The notes beneath the pieces were generated by a model, which was not told where the DNA came from, did not search any database, and worked only from the letters and a program-made list of their open reading frames with translations. Position numbers and translations under genes: made by a program. A stretch of DNA of 64,000 nucleotides from NCBI GenBank assembly GCA_000004695.1, contig CM000150.2, forward strand, positions 2,400,001-2,464,000. Direction: 5' to 3'. The stretch comes from Dictyostelium discoideum. Its lineage: Eukaryota. Position 1 is the stretch's first letter. Each line of letters starts with the position of its first letter. Below, piece after piece: positions 10,900 to 20,227 of this stretch.

Positions 10900-11870
10900 T
10901 TTTTTTTTTTTTTTTTTTTTTTGATATAAATAAACTATTGTAGTATACAATTAGTATGTTATTTTTATTTATTTATTTTAGGTTTTTTAGTTTTTGTGAA
11001 TTTAAAATAGTATGTTATTTTAGATTAGGTAATTAATAATTAATTGGTGGTGTAATTGTTGGAATTGGTTCATTAGTGTTTATGCTCCATTCTTTTTTAA
11101 ATTTTTTGATGGTTTCGGACCATTGGGTTTCTTTTTGAGTTTTTGTGAGGTTGTTTTTAATTGAGAATTGGTTAAAGTTTGATAACCTTTTTGAATATTC
11201 CAATCTTATTAGCTTGTGCCATTTTGATTTTAATATATCATAATCTAGTGTTGTGTTGTTTATTTGGTTGTTCCAATTGTCAATTGATTGAGTTATATTG
11301 ATGTCAAATAATGATTTGCATAACCATATCCATATTTGGTGAATAACTAATGAGATTATGTTCCAATATGCATGTGTTCTGACTAGATCAAGATTTGTGT
11401 TTATATAATTCCAGTTGAACCTGTATTTTTTATATTGTGCGTTTTCTGCAAAATGAAAATTAATATTGATAGTTGGATCTGGTTTAAATGCTTTGTTGTT
11501 TGTTTGTGGTTTATAAATGAGTGTGTATAATTTTGTTGTTTGGTTTTTTGTTAGTGACCAGTTTTTGTTTCCATTGCAATTTTTATATATAAAATATTTT
11601 AATTTGTCGTGGTTAATGAAGTTGATTGTGTGCTGGCAATTGAAAAACAAATGACCATAGGGATCATTATTCATTTCATTGTTGCAAATGGGGCAAACTT
11701 TGTTGTGTAGATGATTAATCGGAAGACATCTAGCATGGAATCTTTGCATTGTATCTCGGCCTTTTGGATCTTTTAATTTTTGAATTTTGACAAAAAGTTG
11801 GTCGTATGTGTATTTCCATAATAGTTGTATTGATTGTTGGTAATTAAAAAAAAAAAAATCCTCTAAAAAA
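10900..11870 (-). mobile_element. 3' fragment of a distinct TRE-family element (ORF2 C-terminal zinc-finger region ...NEPIPTITPPINY*, ~110-bp 3' UTR, oligo(A)). It starts about 28 bp downstream of tRNA-Trp in the same orientation.
   Basis: Residues KGRDTMQRFHARCLPINHLHNKVCPICNNEMNNDPYGHLFFNC and HQIWIWLCKSLFD are homologous to the Zn-finger/C-terminal region of the TRE3-type ORF2s but clearly a different subfamily. The T-run at 10900-10921 is the poly(A) tail. Track ORF 11033-11932 runs on spuriously through the tRNA. Confidence 0.55.
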
Positions 11871-11873
11871 GAC

Positions 11874-11960
11874 AGACCCCTCAGGGAGTTGAACCCTGGA
11901 CCAACTGCTAACTTCTTACGTTTTGGAGACAATTACAATAAACCACTATGCTAAGGAGTC
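11874..11960 (-). tRNA. tRNA-Trp (anticodon CCA) with a ~13-nt intron 3' of the anticodon loop
   Basis: RC sequence: GACTCCT TA GCATAGTGGTTTAT TGT A ATTGT CTCCAA [AACGTAAGAAGTT] A GCAGT TGGTC CAGGG TTCAACT CCCTG AGGGGTC T. The acceptor stem pairs (with one G-U). The T arm carries a B box. A TTTTTT terminator lies immediately downstream (11867-11873). Confidence 0.7.
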
Positions 11961-12002
11961 ATTGAAAACCAAATGGTTGACACACTTTGATAACCCGCCA
12001 TT

Positions 12003-12272
12003 TATTTCGATCGATCGAAAAAAACAAACAACAACAATCTCTTTTTTTGATTATTTCATTTTTCATATAAAAAAGACTTAAAAAACAAATAAATAAATAA
12101 ATAAACTATTTTAAAAAGCCATCTTTTTACTTTATTGTAATTTATTATTTGTTTCGTTTTGAGAATTTTGCGTAGCAAAATTTTCAAAAAAAAAGCAAAA
12201 AATAATCAGATCGAAAAAAACAAACAACAACAATCTCTTTTTTTGATTATTTCATTTTTCATATAAAAAAGA

Positions 12273-12308
<36 letters not shown>

Positions 12309-12748
12309 GGAACCCAAGTTAATCAGAAAATTTCCAGATTTTTAACTTTTTAAAGAAAAATAAAAAAAATAGAAAGAAAATAAGATGAAAATCACAAACA
12401 ACACCACAAATATTAAGCAACACAAATGCCTACAAAAAATAAGCGAAATTGTGGATAAAACTCAATTAAAAAAAAAACAATTCAAATACGTCATAAACAT
12501 CAATCACGAACCAGACGATAAAATAAAAAAAGATTTAGAAAAAAGTTTGGACAAAAAAGATGTTTTAATCAAAAGTAATAATACAATTCAAAATTCGAAA
12601 CAAAAAAAAAAAAAAAAAAAAAAAAAAGGTAAACCAACCCCTCTTTTAGAGACCCTGTAAAAAAAAAAAAAATAAAATAAAATGAGATCTAGCATCTCAA
12701 GGAGAAGCAAATAATAATTGCGTTATCCAATTCAAAAAAAAAAAAAAA
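12003..12748 (+). mobile_element. TRE5-A-type non-autonomous internal-deletion derivative: A-module x1.4, oligo(A), B-module (with the first ~90 codons of ORF1), A-run, C-module, oligo(A). It is 42 bp upstream of tRNA-Trp, head-to-head.
   Basis: A-module (reverse form) 12003-12290; A-run 12291-12311; cctgggaacccaagttaatcag...ATG MKITNN... 12312-12620; ggtaaaccaacccctcttttagagaccctgtaa + A15 + ataaaataaaatgagatct...ttatccaattc + A18, ending ~12748. The same B+C block terminates the full copy at 27521-27968. Confidence 0.6.
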
Positions 12749-13343
12749 TTTATATTTTTGTGGGTGACATGCTTTATATAGGTGAATACAATTACAATAA
12801 ACCACTATGCTAAGGAGTTATTGAAAACCAAATGGGTTAAACTCTTCGATTAAATTATCAAAATATAAAAAGCTAAGTTAAATATAAAAATAAATTAAAA
12901 TATACTTGTTAACTAAATTGCATTAGACCACTTTCCTTACACATGTAAAGAATGCTCTATTTCCTGCCCACAGCTTCTTGAATGAAAAAATTTAACCACG
13001 GGAGTTATGAATAAATATCTTGAATTCATTGAAACTGATAAAATCTAATTGTGTCTGGGAAGGTTGAACAGAATTTTGAATTCAAAATTAATATTATAAC
13101 TATAATTAATAAATAAAAAAATAAATAGATAATTAAAATTATAAAATACTTTAAGAATATATATAATTTCTAAAAGTAATTTTAGAAATAATAATTATAG
13201 GAATGAACCATCTTCGATACAATTTAATAAGTGTAATGAATACTCTAATACTTTACATGACACTTTAAATATTAATTTACACTTACTACTACTTTCCTTG
13301 AAAAAATGAAATAAACATCTTTGGGTTATTCCCTAAAAAGAAG

Positions 13344-13461
13344 ACACCTTAGCAAAGTGTATAACCCATTTGGTTTTCGATGACACCCAAGCAAAGTTTT
13401 TTACCCATTAGGTTATCTATGACAGTTTAGCGAAGTGTATTACCCATTTAGTATTCCTTAA
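13344..13461 (+). repeat. Three tandem ~39-bp units, each built from the first ~17 nt of tRNA-Ser (A box TTAGCAAAGTGG) plus the ~22-bp 5' leader (cccatttggttttcgat)
   Basis: gacaccttagcaaagtgtataacccatttggttttcgat / gacacccaagcaaagttttttacccattaggttatctat / gacagtttagcgaagtgtattacccatttagtattcctta. Compare the true gene at 14193-14235. RC copies at 27969-28082 and 24874-24914. Confidence 0.6.
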
Positions 13462-13466
13462 CAACT

Positions 13467-13870
13467 TTTTTTTGAATTGGATAACGCAATTATTAGTTGC
13501 TTCTCCTTGAGATGCAAGATCTCATTTTATTTGTAGTTTTTTACAGGGTCTCTAAAAGAGGGGTTAGTTTACTTTTTTTTTTTTTTTTTTTTTTGTTTCA
13601 AATTTTGAATTGTATTATTACTTTTGATTAAAACATCTTTTTTTCCCAAACTTTTTTCTAAATCTTTTTTTATTTTATCGTCTAGTTCGTGACTGATGTT
13701 GATGATATATTTGAATTGTTTTTTTTTATTTGAGTTTTATCCACAATTTCGCTTATTTTTTGTTGGCATTTGTGCTTAACTTGGTTGCCAGGTTTTTTTT
13801 TTTTTTTTTTTATTTTTTTTTTTTTTTTAGTCTTTTTATATGAAAAATGAAATAATCAAAAAAAGATACC
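13467..13870 (-). mobile_element. TRE5-A-type B-module + C-module fragment with the last 35 bp of an A-module (minus orientation), carrying a small deletion at the ORF1 start
   Basis: RC of the C-module (13475-13560), T-run, RC of the B-module/ORF1 start with an internal deletion (cctggcaaccaagttaag|cacaaatgcc), T-run 13789-13835, then the A-module end aagtctttttatatgaaaaatgaaataatcaaaaaaag. Confidence 0.5.
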
Positions 13871-14176
13871 TCCACCAAAGAATAAGTAACACTCCTACTT
13901 CATATATAAAACTGTGGGAAGAGGAACTCAAAAACAACAACAACAACAAAACAACAACAACAAAACAAAATCAACTACACTGGCAATGCAAGCAAGCATG
14001 GACCCAATTAAAAACTCCACAAAATAAACAAACACACTACGAAAACCTCCCAAAATTAAAAAAAATATACGAGGATATGATGACAACCCAATCTCCAGAA
14101 CACAACAAATTCATACCAACTCCTGGCCAAAAAGAAATAATTACCAAAATTAATAGCAAACACCTTCCTTTCCCTT
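13871..14176 (+). pseudogene. Internal TRE5-A-type ORF2 fragment (~100 codons, YLHQRISNTPTSYIKLWEEEL...KHLPF), fused to the A-module on its 5' side and to the tRNA-Ser leader on its 3' side at short microhomologies
   Basis: ~95% identical to 26563-26875 of the ORF2 copy. The 5' junction is at aaaaaaaga|tacctcc (shared aaga). The 3' junction is at cacctt|cc.. vs caccttagcaaagt. Track ORF 13840-14178 begins in the A-module (MKNEIIKK). Confidence 0.55.
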
Positions 14177-14215
14177 GACAACTTAGCAAAGTATTTTACC
14201 CATTTGATATTCGAT

Positions 14216-14296
14216 GACACCTTAGCAAAGTGGTTAATGCGGCGCCCTGCTAAGGCGTTCTCTTCGGAGGCGCAGGTTCGAACCCTGCAGGTGTCG
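14216..14296 (+). tRNA. tRNA-Ser (anticodon GCU), with a long variable arm
   Basis: GACACCT TA GCA AAGTGGTTAA TGC G GCGCC CTGCTAA GGCGT TCTCTTCGGAGGC GCAGG TTCGAAC CCTGC AGGTGTC G. The G73 discriminator is typical of tRNA-Ser. Confidence 0.85.
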
Positions 14297-14321
14297 AATT
14301 TTTAACTTCCAAACCTGAATA

Positions 14322-14341
14322 ACAGGTTCGATTCCTGTTGT
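14322..14341 (+). promoter_or_regulatory. External B box downstream of tRNA-Ser(+)
   Basis: aacaGGTTCGATTCCtgtt, about 26 bp after the tRNA 3' end. Confidence 0.45.
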
Positions 14342-14516
14342 ATTATATACAAAATAATTCTCGATAACAGCTAAATTTTCATGGGTGCAAGAATTAAAAA
14401 TAATATAAATAATTAATAAATTAGTAATCAAATCTATAATTTAAAAATAAAAACTAATTAACAAGATTAACAAATCGGAACAGATTTTATATAAATTTTT
14501 TGTTTATGAGCACAAT

Positions 14517-14636
<120 letters not shown>

Positions 14637-14817
14637 AAAAATTTTACAGCTTTTAATGAAAATGATCTTAAAACTTTAAAATCTTTAGATGATAAACTAT
14701 TAATATTAATAATTTACCTGCTGGTTATATTTGCAATAGAAAATCTGAAATATGTGTATTATTAAAACATCAATAACCACAGAAGGTATATCAAATATTA
14801 GAGAAGTTATATTAAAA

Positions 14818-14856
<39 letters not shown>

Positions 14857-14957
14857 TAAAAAAGTGATTAAAAAAAAAAATAAAAATAAAAATAAAATAA
14901 ATAAATCTAATTTTATTAAAAAAAATATAGAAAAAAGAATTTAAAAGTGGTTATTTC

Positions 14958-15180
14958 AAAAGAAAATGTAGTAATATGATATGTATCATAACCCAATCCA
15001 ATTGTAAGAAAGGAAAGATTTATCTAAGCACTATATCATTTAGAAAAATTAATGTTCATATCAAAACTATCATATCCAAAGGGAAATAAAAAATGATCAA
15101 TATTAATCTATTGTCAGAGAAAGGAAAGATTTATCTATGCACTATGACATTACGAAAATATATGGCCATATAACTCCCTA
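14958..15180. repeat. Left arm of a ~225-bp inverted-repeat pair. Its partner is at 17566-17785 and the arms are about 90% identical.
   Basis: aaaagaaaatgtagtaatatgatatgtatcataacccaatc...cagagaaaggaaagatttatctatgcactatgacattacgaaaatatatggccatat is the reverse complement of 17566-17785. Each arm has an internal ~35-bp direct repeat (aaaggaaagatttatcta[a/t]gcactat). Confidence 0.6.
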
Positions 15181-15580
15181 AAAAAAAATTCAATAAAGTT
15201 TATTGAATAAACCTTAGAATTTTTAAATAAAACAGCATTTCAAAAAACAAATTTAATTAAAATTAAATAATAAAATAAAATAAATAAAAAAATAAATATT
15301 TGAAAAAAATAATACATATTTTCATTAAAGTTTTGAAAAAACATAAAATTCTTTTCACACATTCTAAAATGAAATCGAACCAATTTTTTCTTTAGGATGA
15401 TAGTTTGTTTTGATATTTTAAATTTATTTTTAATATTTAAACTCTTTGATTTTAATTTTTGTTAATCAGTTAAACATAAATTAATATAAATATAAATAAT
15501 TATAAATTAATAAATAATATAAATAATCATAAATTAAAAATCATTTTTTTTTTAAAAAAAAATATATATATAAAAAAAGA

Positions 15581-15866
15581 ATGACAAAATTAAAAGTTGG
15601 AAATATTGCACCAGATTTTGAAGCTAAAAACTATTTAGGTCAAACAGTTACATTAAAAGAATTTAAAGAAAAGAGTCAACCAATCGTTTTATATTTTTAT
15701 CCAAAAGATAATAGTCCAGTATGTACAAAAGGTAAGTCAATTTATATTATTACATAATTCAATAAACTTAAATGTTTTTTTTTTTAATATACTAATAATA
15801 AAATAACCTTTTAAATATAATAAAATTACCAACATACATACATACATACATACATACATACATACA

Positions 15867-15899
<33 letters not shown>

Positions 15900-16221
15900 C
15901 AATATAGATAGTTGTGAATTTAGAGATAAATATCAAAAGTTTATAGAAGCAGGCGCAGAAGTAATTGGAGTCAGTAGCGATGGCGAAGATAGTCATAAAT
16001 CATTCGTTTCAAAATATTCATTACCATTCACATTATTAACAGATAAACATAGTAAATTAGCCAAATTATATGGTGTCAATGGTATATTATTACCAGGTAG
16101 AAAAACATTTATAATTGATAAACATGGTATTATAGCTGGTATTCATGATGGTTTACTCAGCTCAACTTCTCATATCGATGAATCTTTAAAAATAATTGAA
16201 AAATTAAAATCACAAATCTAA
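15581..16221 (+). CDS. Peroxiredoxin of the BCP/PrxQ type, copy 2. Two exons: join(15581..15731,15908..16221).
   Basis: The exons are nearly identical to copy 1. The intron is longer because of a (CATA)n expansion at 15841-15896. The ~100-bp upstream promoter region (..cacattctaaaatgaaatcga..) is also shared. Confidence 0.75.
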
Positions 16222-16809
16222 ATAATAATTTTTATAATAAATTGTACATATCCACTTATCATTGTATATTTTTTTTGTTTTATAATAATTCACCAATTAA
16301 TATCAATAATTCTTTAATTTTAAATAAATTATTTAAAATATTTAATAAAAAATAAATAATAAACCAAATCAATAATTATATTCTCTTTTAAAAATAATTA
16401 TAAAAAATGAATGGTAAATAATAAAATACTTAAAGTCTACTTTTTCTTAAGAAATTCATATTGATGGGAGTTGGCGGATAAAATACATAAAAGATTTGGA
16501 AGAGTTTTATTTTTGATTATTTTTTTTTTTTTTTTTTTTTGGTATTTGAATCCAAGAACATTAACAAACCATTTTATCTATGAATTAAAGATTTTTTTAA
16601 AATAAATTAAAACAGTTAAAAAAAAAAAAAAGTTTGAAAATTTAAAAATATTTATTCAAAGAAAGAATTTAAAAGAATTAAAATTATTTTTTTTATTGGT
16701 TTTTTATTGGTTTTTTTTTTTTTTTTTTTTTTTTTTGATATCGAATAGTTTTTATATTTATTTTTAATTTTTTAGTTTAAAAATTTTTTTTTTTTTTTTT
16801 TTACACTAA

Positions 16810-17466
16810 ATGAAAGAAAAAACTACAGCAACAACAACAACAACAACAATACCAACAAGGAATGCAGATGATGATTATGAATTAATTAAAGTTTTAATGT
16901 TGGGTGATTATAAAACTGGTAAAGGTTCAGTTTTAAGAAGATACCATTATAATGAATTTGAATTAGGAGTATCATCAATTGGTGTTGATTTTGTTATAAG
17001 AGATTATGGTATTGTAAATGGTAAATATTATAAAATTCAAATTTGGGATGCAAATAGTTGTGAAAGGTTTAGATCAATAACACAAGCCTATTATAGAGGT
17101 GCACATGGTTTTATGTTATTATATGATTGTACCAATCAAGAATCATTTAATAATTTACAATTTTGGATCAATGAAATTATAAATAAATCACCAAATTCAA
17201 ATAATTCAACAATTGTTATCATTGGTAATAAATGTGATTTAGTTAATGATATTAAAATTGATCCAATAAAATCTAAACTATTTTGTGATTCAAAATCAAT
17301 AACTTCATTTCAAAATGTTTCTGCCAAAGATTCTATCAATATAAACGAACCATTTGAAATTTTATTTAAACAAATAATTGAAAAAGGTCATTCACAAACA
17401 ATTTCTCCAAAACTAATAAAACAAAGATATGAAAACAATAATAATAAATCATGTAATATTTTATAA
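16810..17466 (+). CDS. Rab-family small GTPase-like protein (218 aa) with non-canonical G1 and G3 motifs and a C-terminal CNIL (CaaX-like) box
   Basis: LIKVLMLGDYKTGKGSVLRRY (P-loop GDYKTGKGS instead of GDSGVGKS), IGVDF, IQIWDANSCERFRSITQAYYRGAHGFMLLYD (DANSC replaces DTAGQ), GNKCDL (NKxD), VSAKD (SAK), ends ...KSCNIL. Confidence 0.65.
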   Translation: MKEKTTATTTTTTIPTRNADDDYELIKVLMLGDYKTGKGSVLRRYHYNEFELGVSSIGVDFVIRDYGIVNGKYYKIQIWDANSCERFRSITQAYYRGAHGFMLLYDCTNQESFNNLQFWINEIINKSPNSNNSTIVIIGNKCDLVNDIKIDPIKSKLFCDSKSITSFQNVSAKDSININEPFEILFKQIIEKGHSQTISPKLIKQRYENNNNKSCNIL

Positions 17467-17565
17467 TTTGTAAAAAAAAAGTTATTTAATTTTAATTAAA
17501 TTTGTTTTTGAAATGTAATTTTATTTGAAAATTCTTTTTAGGCTTATTGGAAAATTTAGGGGGGG

Positions 17566-17785
17566 GAATGATATGGTCATCTATTTTAGTAATGTCATAG
17601 TGCATAGATAAATCTTTCCTTTCTCTGACATTAGATTAATATTGATTATCATTTTTTATTTCCCTTTGAATATGATAGTATTGGTATGAATAATAACTTT
17701 TCTAAATGGTATAGTGCATAGATAAATCTTTCCTCTACCAATTAGATTGGGTTATGATGCATGTCATATTACTACATTTTCTTTT
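17566..17785. repeat. Right arm of the inverted-repeat pair (partner at 14958-15180)
   Basis: Reverse-complement match to the left arm. The pair brackets BCP copy 2 and the Rab-like gene. Confidence 0.6.
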
Positions 17786-18343
17786 TCCTTTATTTTTTAA
17801 AAATAAAATTAGAAAATTTATTTTTTTTTTTTTTTTTTTCACTTTTTTTAACTTTTTATTTACCTTTTTTTTCTATATAATTCTATCTTAAATCTTTTAA
17901 TATCTTTTTTTTTTTGAAATAATACTATTTCATTTTATTTGTTTTGATTTTTTGGTTTGGAGTGAAAAAAAAAAAATAAAAAAAAAAAAAAAGTCTATTT
18001 ATACTCTGATAAAAATTTTTATTATTTCCTATTTAAAATTATTTAGATTTGTCCTAAAAAGGAGTTTTTACTTTTTTTTTTTTTTTTTTTTTTTTTCCTA
18101 TTTTTTTATCAATCAAAAAAATTTCTAAATTGGAAAATAATAGATCTATTATTAATTAATATTAATAATAAAAATGGTAAAATAGGAAAACTAATTTAAT
18201 TTTAATTTTTTTTTTTATTCTTAATCTCCCCATACACCATTTATCAACATTCAAATTCTTTTTCAAATGATAAACCAATAAAAAAAAATAAAAAAAAAAT
18301 AAAAAAATAAAAAAAAAATTAAATAAATTATACAGATGCAATA

Positions 18344-18396
<53 letters not shown>

Positions 18397-18675
18397 GTTT
18401 AATAATTTTTATTAATTTTAGTAATTAAAAACTTCTGGGATATTCTCCTCTATTATTTGATAAGCCATCTGTGAGTGTTTTAATGATATCTTAAATCTTT
18501 TCACTGTAAATATTTATTGATTCCATTAATATTATGATTATCCAAACTTATTAAAAAGATAAAAAAGATAAAAAAAATTGTTAAATTTATAGATAAATTA
18601 TATATAAATTAAAAAAAAGATAAAAAAAGATAAAAAAAGATAAAAAAAGATAAAAAAAGATAAAAAAAGATAAAA

Positions 18676-19003
18676 TTTTTTTTTTTTTTTATTGTAAAGT
18701 AATATACCTTTTGCTTAATGTTTATTTATTTTTTATTTTTTAGTTATTTTTTTTAGAAGTTTATGAGTTGGAATGAGTTGTCGATGTGTGAAGCTTTCCA
18801 GGATTGTTTGAATTTGTTGATCCAGTTAGTGCAGTGTTGGTTTCTTGTGGTGAAGTTGTGTTTTGGAAAGTTCAAGGTTGATGATTCCGAGCCATTTTTT
18901 GTTTATTATTTCGTTTTTTATTAGTTCTTGAAGTGATTCAATTTTGTCTGATTGTGAGATGGTGGGGTTGAATTGAATTTTGCATATCCATACCCAAATG
19001 AAG
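18676..19003 (-). mobile_element. 3'-terminal fragment of another TRE-family element (ORF2 C-terminal ...FIWVWICKIQFNPTISQSDKIESLQELIKNE..., 3' UTR, oligo(A)). It is truncated by the next insertion.
   Basis: The RC translation is similar to the C-terminal HQIWIWLCK-type region of TRE ORF2s. T-run 18676-18690. The neighbouring element's TSD lies inside it. Confidence 0.4.
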
Positions 19004-19118
19004 TTTTTTTTTTTTTTTTACCTGTGATCAGACCTTCAAGGAATGTCCTTGTGTCTTTTCGGCGGTGTTTGTTAAACGATTTTATTTTTATTATTCAATT
19101 GTATTAAATTTTTTAAAC

Positions 19119-19164
<46 letters not shown>

Positions 19165-20027
19165 ACTACTTAAATTGGAAGAGGGTTCGGAATTGCTGGG
19201 GTTTGCCAGGCTTTGTTGAATTTGTATTTGTGAAGATCTTGATTGGTGTTTTTTAGTATTGCTTCGTCGTGTTTGATTTTCTTTAGTGTGATGAATTTTT
19301 CAGTTTCGATGAGATTTAGTAATTCTGTTTCTATGACCTTTTGCTGGAATTTTGGCTCTGGTTTGCTTTCATCAGTGTTGAACAATTTGTGACAGATTAT
19401 CTTCCATAATTGGTGTGCTATTATTCCTATGAGATTGGGGAAGATTCTCTCAGTTCTGTTGTATTTTGATATGTCTAAGGTATCCATTGACCATCTGTGG
19501 ATTTTGATGAATGATAATTTGTTAACTGTTGATATGATGGTTTTTTCAATATATAGGATATCTTGGCATAGAGTGAAGAGGTGAGAATAAGGGTCTCTGA
19601 ATAGGTGGCCCCAGATCTTGCATCTGGTGTCTCTTTCGTGGTTGATACCTGGAAGTGATCTTGAGAAGAATCTGAAGAGGGTGTTTCTACCTTTTTGGTG
19701 AGAAATGCTGTTGATGTTTATGAATACTTTGGGTATTGCTGTGTTGTATCTCACCGCCCATAACTTCTGCCATTCTGTTCTTCTTGGTGTTGGGTGTCTG
19801 TCTTTGATCATGAGTTCGTAAATTTCTTTCAGTTTTAGTGGTTCGTTATTGTCGTTTCTTATACAGCCTGGAAGTTCATTTATCTTTGGATGGTTTTGGT
19901 AAAATTTGACTCTGAATACACCCCAGTGTCTGCACATATCGTTGAGGGTTGAAGTGTGGGCTTTTTTTTTACTTAATTGCTCCATGTACCATTCTTGTAA
20001 AGTATTGTTGTTGTTGTAGTTGTTATT
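19004..20027 (-). mobile_element. TRE3-type element, 5'-truncated ~1-kb copy, with a 13-14-bp TSD. It is inserted into the older TRE fragment.
   Basis: Same 3' end as 10094-10847 and 7260-7542. T-run at 19004-19019. TSD tacccaaatgaag at 18991-19003 and 20028-20040. ORF2 C-terminal 287 aa (track 19170-20033). Confidence 0.7.
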
Positions 20028-20196
20028 ACCCAAATGAAGTGGAATATGATGGAGGTGTAGATTTTTTTTTTTTTTACCTAAAAGCGGTGTATTGTTATAT
20101 TTTATTACATTTTTAAATTTTTAGATTTTTAAATTTTTAAATTTTTATATTGTTATATGTTGATATTTTTGGTTATATTATGATTACTACTACTTG

Positions 20197-20226
<30 letters not shown>

Positions 20227-20227
<1 letters not shown>

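Noticed and set aside
11874-11932. N-terminal part (MSPKRKKLAVGPGFNSLRG...) of track ORF 11033-11932
   Set aside because: It translates straight through tRNA-Trp and its terminator. The real coding fragment only begins after ~11850.
12385-12660. 91-aa ORF MKITNNTT... ending in poly-K (also 27593-27865)
   Set aside because: Not an independent gene. It is the ORF1 start carried inside the duplicated B-module of TRE5-A, running into the A-run and C-module.
14234-14431. 65-aa minus-strand ORF
   Set aside because: Overlaps tRNA-Ser(+) and its exB box. An artefact of the GC-rich tRNA sequence.
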